Counted from the stretch's first letter, positions 13,500 to 24,427 are shown. The stretch is DNA of 64,000 bases from Microbotryum violaceum (GCA_001244265.2 CDLV01000018.1:186001-250000), one strand, 5' to 3'. Notes: generated by a model not told the origin, from the sequence alone. A program made the numbers and translations.

Positions 13500-14400
13500 A
13501 AAGAGACAAAGAAATTGTTTAAGCATGTATATTTATGTTAACAAGCTATTGAGCGTTACATATGAGAACTAATGTCAATTTTTTCATCTTTTGTCTTTTT
13601 GGTCCTGCTTGGCTCTGCCAAGCTGGACAAAAAGGACCAGCTTCGCTGGGCGCTTGTACGGTTCTAGGAGGTACAATTCTTAATTGTGATGCTTCATACC
13701 CATGACAGATTGGGTTCCAAGATGGTGCTACGGTATTGTAGAATTACATGATACTATTTTTTTCTGTAGGAAACCGAAAGAGTATTCACTCGCTAAATAA
13801 TAACTAGTACTCAGTTTATTCTTTTTATAACTAGGAACAACAACTAGGCTAAACATACAGAATAATAATTATTCGCCCCCTTTTGTTTTTAGCTTTTCCT
13901 TTTCCTTTTTGTCGCGCCCCTCGCCCAGCGGGGCTGGGCGCTTGATTCCTGTTTTTTTTTTTTGCTCTTTTTTTTATAGTTTTTGTCCAGCTTGGCCTGC
14001 TTCATTTTTCAGATATAGCGGTGGTTCGATTCCTCCTAGTCCTATTTACCTGCTCTTCCCTTTTCCTTGCCTTTTTTATGTTTGCTTTTTTTTTTAGTTT
14101 TTTTAACTAAAAGGCATAAAAAGGCGCCCAGCCCCGCTTTTTTCTAAAAAGGGGCAAGTGAAAAAAGAAAAAAAAAACCTGAGGATAGATAAGTCAGGAC
14201 CCTAGTGTCTAAGTTATTTTTAGTAGCTCCATTAAATAGATCAGGCCAGAAGTTCTTTTCCCTACAGCCTGTTTCTGATTTTCTTTGTTAATCTTTGCCC
14301 TACAGTTTTTTTTTTGTCTCGCGCGCTTTGTCCTTTTTCTTTTTATTTTTGTCTTTTTTCCTTTTTTTTTATCTCTCTTTTTTGTCGCGCGGATAAGGCC
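13500..14400. other. AT/T-tract-rich degenerate sequence, probable decayed TE
   Basis: Sharp drop in GC with many poly-T runs interspersed with GC-rich GCGCCCCAGCCC-like motifs. No recognisable ORF. Confidence 0.4.
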
Positions 14401-14665
14401 CAAGCGCCCAAGCCCCTCCACGCCCGCGGCGCCCGCCTACTGATCCCAGACCGCCGCCGCTGATACGTGCATCGGCCGAGCAGGGGACGACCAGGGAGGT
14501 GCGAGGTCGGGGTACATCGATTTGTACCACATCCAGGACGTACATCCAAGATCTGGAGTGCCAAATTTTCCGATTTGTATCACTTTTGAGTCGCAGTTTA
14601 GGGTTCGGAGGGTCCGATTTGTACATTTTCGGGCACGCACATTGGGCTGAGCTTTCCCGTGTCCT

Positions 14666-14718
14666 GCCCGGGTCGCCGCCCAAGTCAGCGCTAGCCGAGC
14701 CCGTAGGCGGTTCCGCTC
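14666..14718 (+). repeat. GC-rich dispersed direct repeat, copy 2
   Basis: Matches 7554..7609 except for the central TCA versus CCGGCG. Confidence 0.9.
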
Positions 14719-16009
14719 CCTTCCGCGAGTCTGTCTCTTAGTCTCCGGCCGCTCTATTCTCGTCCCTGTTCATTGGACTGAGTCGTGGTCATCATCAGAT
14801 TCCACATGAGAACATTTTTGCGACACCTCGCGCCAGCCATCTGCCGCCATCCAGTGCCGCGCCTCGCGCGCACCTACTCCCAAACTCCACAAGTCCCTCT
14901 GGACCGCTGACCCTTTACATAGTTCCCACAATGCTTTTCTCAGTGGTTGCCGTGGATGGTGCGTCTCGTGCATGTTTGTGAGATGAAATAAGGTACCTGT
15001 GTGAGCTCGATTCAAGCAATTCAGACTGTCAAAAGCAAGAAAATGGAGACTTCTTTGTGCGTCACGAAAATGGTATTGCTTGCCCTCGCTCAAAACCCCC
15101 CGAATTGACTGCGCTGATATTTCGGCGAGCGGCCTTCTTTCCACTAGAGCCGCGCGAATGGGAGGGTTCCCCGAGATTCTCTTTCATGAGATGCAATATC
15201 GATCGAACATCAAAAAGAATCGCCCGTGATCTGGCGCTCGGTCGAGCTCGGCGAAAGGAGACGAATGAAGGCGGCCAAGGTGAGAACGACGGGGTGTAAA
15301 GAGTCAAGTATTTCGCCATGGTACAATTCGTGGGCAAGGGATGTTATTGGAGCCTACACAAGAAGGTGGAATAGATGCTGCAAGATTTGCCTGCGTTTCC
15401 ACCGCCGGACCTCGACGAAATTCAAAGTCCGAGCGGGGTACACTGGACCTCGACCCTTTTGCTGCCGGCATTCGAGGCTGGGGGCGTTGGGGGCGCCGGC
15501 TCGATTGGGACATCATCCACCTCGTTTCCGCTCTCGAACATCTGCCGCTGTTTCCATCATCCAAAACACGAACACAGACTCGACAAGAACCTTTGCCCAA
15601 TCTAAACGAGTACAACAAGTTCCATTGGGTATGTTGCATCTCATTCCATGTCCAGCGCGATCTCCGAGTCCGAGGCCATCACCCATCGTCGCACCAGCCT
15701 GGTGCCGTCACTGGCGCCGCTCCGGACGAGTGGGGTGGGGATCTTTTAATCAGCCCAGTGTGCTGATGCCCATTCTTTCTTGTTCACTGCTCCTTCCAGC
15801 GACATTCCTCATTACGTATCTCTCGTCGTCGTCTCCGGTCTTATTGCGTTACCATGGGAATCAACAACGGTCCGTCGTTCTTGCGCCAATCGATCGCAAG
15901 GAGCCACAGAGCCTGGTGGGCACGGCGACCAATCCAGCTCGACTCCTGCCGGCCATCGAGGGTGACGAACTAAAAGGTAGGCACTGGACTCTTGCTGCAC
16001 CGAGTGATT

Positions 16010-18233
16010 TCAATCGGAACGTCCAGGAAGCTTACCTTCTTATTTATTTGATAGACTTCATTAACAGCATAATTATATTAATACCCAGAAATCTTCGGAA
16101 AAGTCGGAGGGAATGCTGTTACGCACACTGGCAGAAGCCAGTAGTGTAAGACTCATTGACCCTGAACCAGGATCAACCATACCCACTAAAACCCCCTTTG
16201 GTGTCTTACAGAGACACTAGGCGACCCTTGGACTCCTGGATAGAGGCTCAAAGCCCCTCGAACTCCGTTTCGGTGATCGGTTCCAAAAGATCCGACGAGA
16301 ATCGACGACGGCGACACAGCTTCCAGATCGAGTGAAAGAAGAGGACTCGTAGTTCGACAAGTCGACGTTCCGAGCGAGACACGACCGGGCATACAAAGTC
16401 CACAAAGACTGGGTGGGGGGTCGGGGACAGAGCAGACCAGAGGCGCCGGGCAAATGGGCAGCCGACCGCGAGGTGAACCAGGCACTCGGGTGCTTCCGAG
16501 AGGCACATCACACAGGAGGTAGATCTATTGTTGGGATGTGGGCTGGTTGGGGAGGCGACTTGGCTTCCCGGATGGAGGGACCCCAGGGAGAGAAGGTGGC
16601 CGGTATCCTCGGCGTCCGAGTGAACCCGGCGAACCTTGCGCAAAGCCTTCCGCCAAGCGTTCCAGCGTTGCTCAGGCAGATCGAATACCTTCTGGTGTCC
16701 CTTGGGGAAGATAGGGGGGAGGATGAAGACTTGGTGGCGTTTGGACGCGTTCACAAACGAAGACGGGGTCATCACCTCGCCATCGGGCCCTCGAAAAAGC
16801 CTCGGGTTTACCGAGAGTTGTATTCCGTGGCCCGTTGGGAAATAGAGTACGTGCGTTGCCCATTGCTCGAGGTTCTGGCTCTTGGAGAGTTCCGGGGGAT
16901 TGAGCGTGGTCACCAACGCCCGGGCTTCGAAGTATCGGACCCAACGAGCAGGAAGAAGTTTTGTCGTTTTTCTCACCGCATGGTCCCACTTTGGGGGAGG
17001 ATGGCAAAAGTATGCCCACCAGATCCAAATCCAAGGGCAACGATGCTGGTTGGGGCCGGTCTGGACAAGGTGAAAGGGGTTGGTTCGTTTGGTGCCTGGA
17101 GGCGGATGCGGATGTCGAAGAGGTGGCGTGTGAAGCAGCCGTCCGGGGCCCGTAGCTGGAAGACCCACTTCGCGTGATCGATTGCTAGACGCCGAGGCAG
17201 ATCAATCAAACCGAAGCCACCGTGATCGAGAGGGGTGCAGAGGCGCGACCGGGAGACCTTCGGACGTCGCTGAGTACCATCCGAAGCTCGACCGTGAATG
17301 GCGAGCATGGCGGCCTCCTCGATCTCCTTGACAACGCTCTTGGGGGCGGGAAGGAATCGGCTGTAGTACAAGATCTTTGTGTAGCAGTAGATGTTGATGA
17401 TCGAACACTTGGCTGCATATGGGAGATCGTACATCGGAACTGAGCGTATCCGAGCGATGGTCGAGGCCTTGACATCTTCCCAGCCCGCATCCTCGGCGAT
17501 CTCTATTAGAACCTAAAGCCGAGGCACGAGATACGTTTAGTACGAGAGCCGAGGATGATAGTAAAGACAGTTGGAGAAAGAAGAGAAGCGCAGAGTAGGA
17601 GCGCGCGAGGCAAGCAATAGCCGCGCGAGGCGACTAATATCAACAACTAGTAACTAATCGTGATCGGTAATAGAAGTGGGATGAAACAGCAATATACACT
17701 TTGACAATCTCCACCCCGACCTGAATACCAAGGTAGCGAAACTGCGAATCGCTGAGACGCCAGGTCCCGAGATCTGGGGCGATCGACCGATCCCGAAAAG
17801 CTCCAAGGGGGTAGAGAAAAGATTTGACGTTGCTGAGCTTGCTGGCACTTTCCCGTTCGTAAAGCTCGATCGCCCGATTGAGGTGGTCGAGGTCCGAGAG
17901 GTTGTGGAGTGCGCAGCAAGCGTCGTCGGCAAAAAGGAGTTCGCGAACGTTTTGGAGGCCCGCAATATCGATGCCCTTGACTCTCAATCGAATCTGACAG
18001 GCAAAACCTTCGATCGCCAGGACGAAGAGAGACGGAGCCAAAGGATCACCTTGCCGAACGCCCGACAGGATGTCGAAAGTGGCAGAGAGCCAACCGTTGA
18101 GGAAGATCGAGGCAGATTGGTTGGTGTAGGTCGCTCGGTACCATTGGCGGGCTTTAGGGCCGAGGCCAACGGCGCAGAGGACTGCATCAAGGTACGGGTG
18201 GGAAAGACGATCGTAAGCCTTTTCAAAGTCCAT
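16010..18233 (-). mobile_element. 5'-truncated L1/Tx1-type LINE inserted in intron 1 of the PIN-Fanzor gene
   Basis: RT motifs DFEKAYD, GVRQGDPLAP, LFADD, RYLGI; LCTPLDHGGFGLID; zf-RVT CVMCLSEAPECLVHLAVGC. The 3' end is approximate. Confidence 0.9.
17504..17706 (-). mobile_element. Solo LTR (203 bp) inserted in the LINE RT coding region
   Basis: 5-bp TSD ATCTC at 17499..17503 and 17707..17711; termini TA(TG mutated)...CA. Removal restores the frame GVEI-AEDAGWEDVK. Confidence 0.85.
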
Positions 18234-21200
18234 CACTTTTGCGCCTCATTTGGTTGCTTTTGCCGCTGCTCTCAGCTCTGGTCATCGATGCGTCGACCGC
18301 CCTTTGAGACGTATGGACCGCGCGGGTTGGCATCAAGCAGCGCGGTCGTTCGTTCATCGACAGCGTAGTAAATATGTTGGAACCCCTCAAGAAAAAAGAT
18401 CCATCACTCCAGATCTTTGTCATTTTGGACAATTCAGAATGGCGACCGCAGCTCAAGAAGAGAACTATCGATGCCGGCGCCGACTCTTCCACGAGCACAC
18501 CCAACAACGTCAACGTCCGCTTCAACGCCTTTCGCTCGAATCCAATCTGTTTGTCGTCGGACCAAGCTCAAATGCGCCAATCATTTCTACCCAAACCTTC
18601 AACGCCGAGTGAAAATCGGGACGAGTTGCACATCTGGAAACTTGGGTCAGGAATCACATTTGTGATTACTCGAACCGAAGCCGACACTTTCGTTTTCGCA
18701 TCGGCTCGACGAGGCCACCTCGTCGATGTTACAATCGACGCCCACACCACGATACTCTGGTCCGGTGATACGGACTGGCTTTACGGCCTCCCCGCACGCT
18801 TCTGCCGATGGCGTATCTACGAGGAGCGAACACCCCGGAGCCTCGCCGAAGAGCTAGCCAATGTCTCGCTCGATGCCCTGGTCGTGGATGACGCGAACAT
18901 CACCCGCGCCGATGCTCCTAGGACGACAAGAAGTATTCTTATACTCGTCGACGTTTCGGAACTGAAGCAGTGGGGTAACGACAAGGAACCGGTCGTGGCG
19001 GGGATCGTTGCCGGTGGGGATTATTTGAACGGAGGGCTACCGGGCATCGGACTTCCACGAGCCTTCGAGAAGTACGGATTCTGCCTCTCGTTCCAATTCT
19101 GGCAAGCGGACATCACGAGCATCCACGAGGCCTTCGGAGACTACCTCAAGAACAGATCGTCAAGAACCAAGCGCGTCGAGGGGCTGGAACGTGCTCGGAA
19201 CGAGATGGGCAAGATCTACACGCTTGTGACGAACGATGTCGGCGATCGATTCGACCGACTCAAGGCACAGAAGGCATCTCCCACCACACGCAACATCCCC
19301 CTCCGTGGCTTCAGGACCCCTTGGGGCGCACCCCTTTCCAGAGCGACGACGTTTCCACCTCAAGCTCCGGTTACACCCCCGCAGAGGACTCGACCCTTGT
19401 TCTCCACCACCTCCGCAACCCCACCCGCCAGCTGGCTGCTTTCTCCACCCCCGATACCCCTAGCACCCACTCTCGCCGCCTTGACGACCGTCGTCACCGC
19501 TTCGGGTGTCATCGCCGGACCTGCCACTCTCGCTGCACCTCCACTTCCCTCCGCGCAGCCACCCTCCCTCGCAGCGGCCAAGCTCTTCCTCAAGCAGCCC
19601 CGCAAGAAGATGACTACGCTGCGTTCGCAAGCATGTCAGGCTTTGGGCGCGCGCCCTGACCTTCGCAAGGAGTACCTCAAGGTGGTCACGAAGGTGAGGC
19701 ACTGCCGGGAGAAGCTGGGCGCCCAAGTCGCTCGAGTACGAAATCCTCTGTACCGATCCGTCATGGGATACCATGCATGGAGGTACATCGACACCACGAG
19801 GATGGAGGCCGGTCCGTTGCTCAATCGAAGCAAGTTCAAGCCGGGAGGCGAGCGAAGACTGCAGCGACCCGCACCTCCTGTGTTGGATTCGTCGAGTGAT
19901 CGTGATCTCGATGTCGACGATCACGATCTCGGCTCGGAGGATCGGGCTTCGGGCATGGGCTGCGGCACCTCGGACGAGGCGGCACCTTGGACGAGGAGGA
20001 GGAGGAGGATGATGGCGAGGATGATGATGATGATGATGGGCAAGAGGACGAGTTCGGAGAGGATGAGTACGGGGAAGACGAGTACGGGGAGGATGAAATC
20101 GGGGAGAATGAGGTCGACGAGGGGAGCCAAAGCCAGATCCCGTCACTGCTCCTCATGACGACGAATTTCAGGACGGCAGCGAAGACGAGGACGAGGGCGA
20201 GGGAGGGAGTCGACAAGGTCAAGGCACGCCGGCGAACAAGGAGTATCATGCTCCTGTTCGACGCCGAGGGTTGCGGGAACTCGTCGTCCGTGTCGAGCGG
20301 CGAAAGCGCCGATTCGATGTCACCAGACTCGAACATGTGCCGGGCATAGGTGGCGAGAACGTAATCTCCTCGGTCTTTCCAGTTAAGGAGATGCGTCGCA
20401 TAGCGCTGGGCCACGTTTTGGTAGTATGCCGAGTCGAGCTTGTAGCGCAGGAGGAAGACTCCTTTCTCTCGAAGTTCCTTGACGGCTGAGGCCAGCAACC
20501 CTGAAGCCTACATCACAGCCGCAAAATAAGTGATTCCGAGTCGACGAGTCAGCTCCTCCATCTTGAAGTTGGCGGATCTCTCTCTCTGAACTCGAAGACT
20601 AGTCGACTCATCGCGTTGTACAGGAGAGAACCATCATCATTGGCCGCTCCCTCGAACTGTTCGACGTGCCGACCATACTCCGTCGGGGTCATCGTTGCGA
20701 GATCGACCGACACGTTTGCTGTGAGCTGCGCCTGCTTCTTCGAGACATGAGATAACAAGAGCGAATCATAGGGCTGGAGCGCATGGATAACGGCACGCAT
20801 CCTTGTTACCAGAGCCGAGTCGTTCGACGCGATTTCGTGCCAGTCGCGTTGAGTCCATCCATTGAGGTAGTCCAGCAAGACTGCATTCACGACTTTGAAC
20901 TCGAGCTCTCGCGCGAGCGTTTGTAGTCGCATAAGCGAGGAGAAAACGTCCTTGAACCGAGTATTGTTCTCGTCCGGTTGGTCGGGTGATAGGGGCAGAA
21001 GAATCTCGCGCACGCTCACCGCGCTCTCGGAGGTCCCTCCCTGGCGCTCCCATCGAGCGGACCTCGAGGCGTTGTTGGCCGCGATCGCCAAATATCAGTC
21101 TGATCCCGACCACGAACACCTCCGCGCGGTCATGCGAGCGTGCTTGCAAGAGGCATGTGGCGCACGGGACCAGCGAATGCGGTGGGCCTTTGGGCGCGAT

Positions 21201-24019
21201 CAAGCCACCGCCACTCGTCTGGTCGGCGCCAAGCTCTCCGATTTTGGGCCCGGCGGCAAGCTCAAAAACCCGATCGCGCTCCTTCCCGTCTACCACCATC
21301 TTCTCCTCGAATCCGGACATGGCAGGGGCATCGTACCGGTGAGTCCGACACTCGACAGCTGGCACTCTGTCACCCCAGCCAGTGTAGCGATCGAATGCTG
21401 ACCTTGACTGCGTTGGGGAATCTGTTTGATGTTCGGACAGACCGAGGGCAAACGCCCTTTTGTGAACTGTTCGCCGGGGTATCTCGGCGCGATCCTCACG
21501 TACCCCGTCTCGCTCGACTGGTTGAACAAGCTTCTTGCTGCGTCTGTCGTCAATGACGTATCGAAGCCCGCGGGTAACGCCGCAAGTCCGACTCACTTCC
21601 CCGTCCTTCGAGCGTTGCTAGGAAGAGGGTTCGACCAGATCTTCACCACCTCTAAGGACGGGAAGACGATGCACGTCAAACCGGAGTGGGCTCGTGACGC
21701 AGTGGCCGGCGTCAAGGCGCTGCAGCACCTCTGTTTCGGCCGATCCGTGGCTGGCTCGGACCCGTCGACCCCAACCGTCCCACCCGAGCTGTCCGAGGAG
21801 AGGCTTCTCGAGTCGGACGCGTTCGCTGCCTTTGGTGCTCGCCTCGTCGACATCCTCTTCGACACAGACAGGATTCTCGACAAGGACGAAATACCGGCGG
21901 GGTCGTTCACAGCGAATGGACACCGAGTTCGTCTATGAGTCTTGAACGTGTCGAGCGTGGCATCAACAGAGCGTGACAAGTCCTGGTACAACAATCCCGA
22001 CGTCTCGATCGGCTCCGCGCTCGACCGAACGGTGGCCAAAGCCCGGCTGTGGCTCCGCTTCCAAAAAAAAAGGCAAGAAGGACTCGCGAATTGCCAAACA
22101 CGACTACGAACACTACGTTAATGGCATCAAGAAGCCGTTCCGTTTATCGTATGCTCGACCGGGATCCGCCGAGAAGCCGAGCCGAATTGACGAGTTGGAA
22201 CGCAAACTCCGAGAACGCGCTGTGGCGGCAGCTCCCAACCCTTTCGATCCGAGCGCCAAGCTCTCATTGAGCGCGAAGCTGTACGATTCGAACGCGTGTC
22301 CTGGAAGCGATTCCGAGATGTACCCATCGTCGACGGTCGCATCTGCATCCCGTCGCTCCACAACCCCGAGGCACGTCGAGCGGTATTGGGAAGGCTCCAA
22401 GAGCACTCGAACAAGAATTTTGGCACCCAGATGAGTCGAGTTTGCTCCCATGTTCCGTGCGTCGGACGGAAGTCGGCAGGGTAGCATTTTGGCTGACGAA
22501 TTCGCCTTTGTCCGTCGTCGATTGGGATGTGTTTGATTCCGCAGCACGCCGTAGCCATGGAGGACCTCATTGCGGTGTTTGAACAACGTGGCGACCTCTT
22601 CCGTGACCTCTGGCGTGCTTTCGAGGATTCGATCGTCATTTCGATCGATCTCGGTCACCCTCGGCCGGTCACTGCTGTCGCTCGTGTTTTCACGCACGAC
22701 GAGACGGCGGCCTTCGAGACGTTCTGGTTCGGCAAAGAGGGGCTTGGAGCTATCGCAGCGGAAGGCAATCGCAAAGATGCCCGTCAACGCGCGAACAAGA
22801 CCCATCGTATCAACGAGGCCTTGCGTGCCAACAAGCTCGAGTGGTCCCCGCTTGCGGCAAAACTTGGGTTTCCCCTTCGACACACGCACGACGCGATTTC
22901 GGTTTCAAGTACGCAACAAGAGGCGAATCTCACGATTATGTACCAACAAGCCGAACAAATGGCCAAAGTGTTTGGTCTCGAGTGCATGGGTGAGTCTGCG
23001 CTGGTAAAGTTTCTCCTTGCAATCCAAGAAAATCGGCTCGGGTGCTCGAGCTGGGTGGAGTCTGCTGACACCTACGCTATACGACACCTGGCAGCCGCGG
23101 CTCGTCGACCCAACCACCTCGTTCCATCTCCACCGACCCATCCCGAGACAGCCACCTACAATCACCTACTCTCAAAGAGCTCGCGACCCGCCTTCCTCAT
23201 AGTCGGCAATGGGTTCACAAGCCCTGGTCCCAATCCGTCGAGCGTCTCCTACGCCCAGAGTTGCATCAAGATCATCTTTCGCTGCCTGCAGGCGCTTGGA
23301 CTGGAGAGCATGTACTTCTGTACCGTCAGCGAGTATTTGACGTCCAAGCTCTGCTGGCATTCGGACTGTAGGGACACGGACGAAACGCGGAACTGGTGAG
23401 TCTGCCATGATTGAGACCTCTTGATCACTTGCCGGGTCTTTTCTACCGCGTTCGGCCCTCAGCTCGGGTCACTGACACTCGCGCCGTGTTGTGATTGGCC
23501 TCCGCAGGGTCGGTCTTGGCCAAAAATCGAACGGGTGCCGGCCCCATAGGATCTTATGCTCGAACGCATTCAGGCAGTTTCCCGCTCCCATGATGTCTCG
23601 GTCGGCAGGCATGTGGACGCAGGTCCCACCGCCTAGGGCAATGCGGAAACAGGTGGATCCGGTCGGCTCCCGCCGCTGTGCAAGCATCGCAGGACCAGCA
23701 GTAAAGTCTTCAATGGGGAGTATATGATACAGTAATAATTAGCTTGTAATGTTTTGTGAAAGAGTAAGAGATAGAACCGCGCCAGTCGTGGCCTCCGGAG
23801 ACTCAAGTTTGTGGAGAATCTCGTGATTCCGCCACTCAATAGAAGACCTTCCTTCGACCAAGTCCACAAGAGAAACAAGTTGGGCGAGGCTCGATGCATT
23901 GCCTCGCTATCGCACCTCACTGGCGCTGGTGCCTCCCTTCCACCTCGGGCAGGCATAAAAAGTAGCACGCACACATAACCGCTCTAATCGCTCGTCACTC
24001 TCGGCTCACATATGGTCGG

Positions 24020-24169
24020 CCTTTGGGCCCAAGTCGGAGGCAACTCTGGTCCCACATCGGAGGCGACTTTGGGATCACATCGGGTGCGGACGTCGACTTT
24101 GGGATCACATCGATCATATCCGAGGTCTTTCTTGTACCACGTTCGTGGGGACTTTGGTACCAAATAGTG
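24020..24169 (+). repeat. Subterminal repeat cluster and putative transposon right end
   Basis: CGACTTTGGGATCACATCG is exact at 24064..24082 and 24094..24112, with degenerate copies nearby. Palindrome TTTGGTACCAAA at 24153..24164 is followed by TAGTG (reverse complement CACTA) at 24165..24169. Confidence 0.55.
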
Positions 24170-24427
24170 TAGACGCCTGTATTTCTTACAATGTGTGATG
24201 TATCACTCTGGGAACAGTAGTTTGCATGTACAGGTCTATAGTACTGCTGGCCGGTGAGACAAGTGTCAAGGTTGAGGAAGTTGCTGAGCCGTAGGCAGCA
24301 GGCGATAGCGAGGATGACGGGACGAGGTGCGGGATTGATGCAGTTGTTCGTGTAAGACCAGAACAGAGGCCGAGGGGGCTGGAGGTTACTGGGGGAGTTG
24401 ACTATCCTTAAAATGCTTAAAACTATA

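Larger units (their letters stand above)
15854..23806 (+). pseudogene. Disrupted XPG/FEN1-type PIN nuclease - Fanzor (TnpB-like RuvC) fusion gene
   Basis: Exon 1 MGINNGPSFL...ELK (15854..15976) splices in phase to 18276 ALVIDAS. PIN motifs: ILDNSEWRP..K, TEADT, SGDTDWL, GGDY...GLPGIG. RuvC-I SIDLG (D at 22647), RuvC-II VSEYLTSKLC (E at 23331). RLYCWSC and RuvC-III DRDIMGAGN (D at 23597..23595) lie on the minus strand of an inverted block. Stops, frameshifts and a LINE insertion are present. Confidence 0.85.

Noticed and set aside
14596-14606. TTTAGGGTT as a telomeric repeat
   Set aside because: Single unit only.
15142-15146. CACTA as the left end of the Fanzor element
   Set aside because: No similarity to the right end beyond 5 bp and no adjacent subterminal repeats.
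16003-18237. AGTGAT / ATCACT inverted 6-mers near the LINE boundaries as a third inversion or TIR
   Set aside because: Too short; the LINE 3' boundary is uncertain and a chance match is likely.
24034-24115. Repeats next to a Cas12-like nuclease as a mini CRISPR array
   Set aside because: Only two exact 19-bp copies with an 11-bp gap, in a eukaryote; better explained as subterminal TE repeats.
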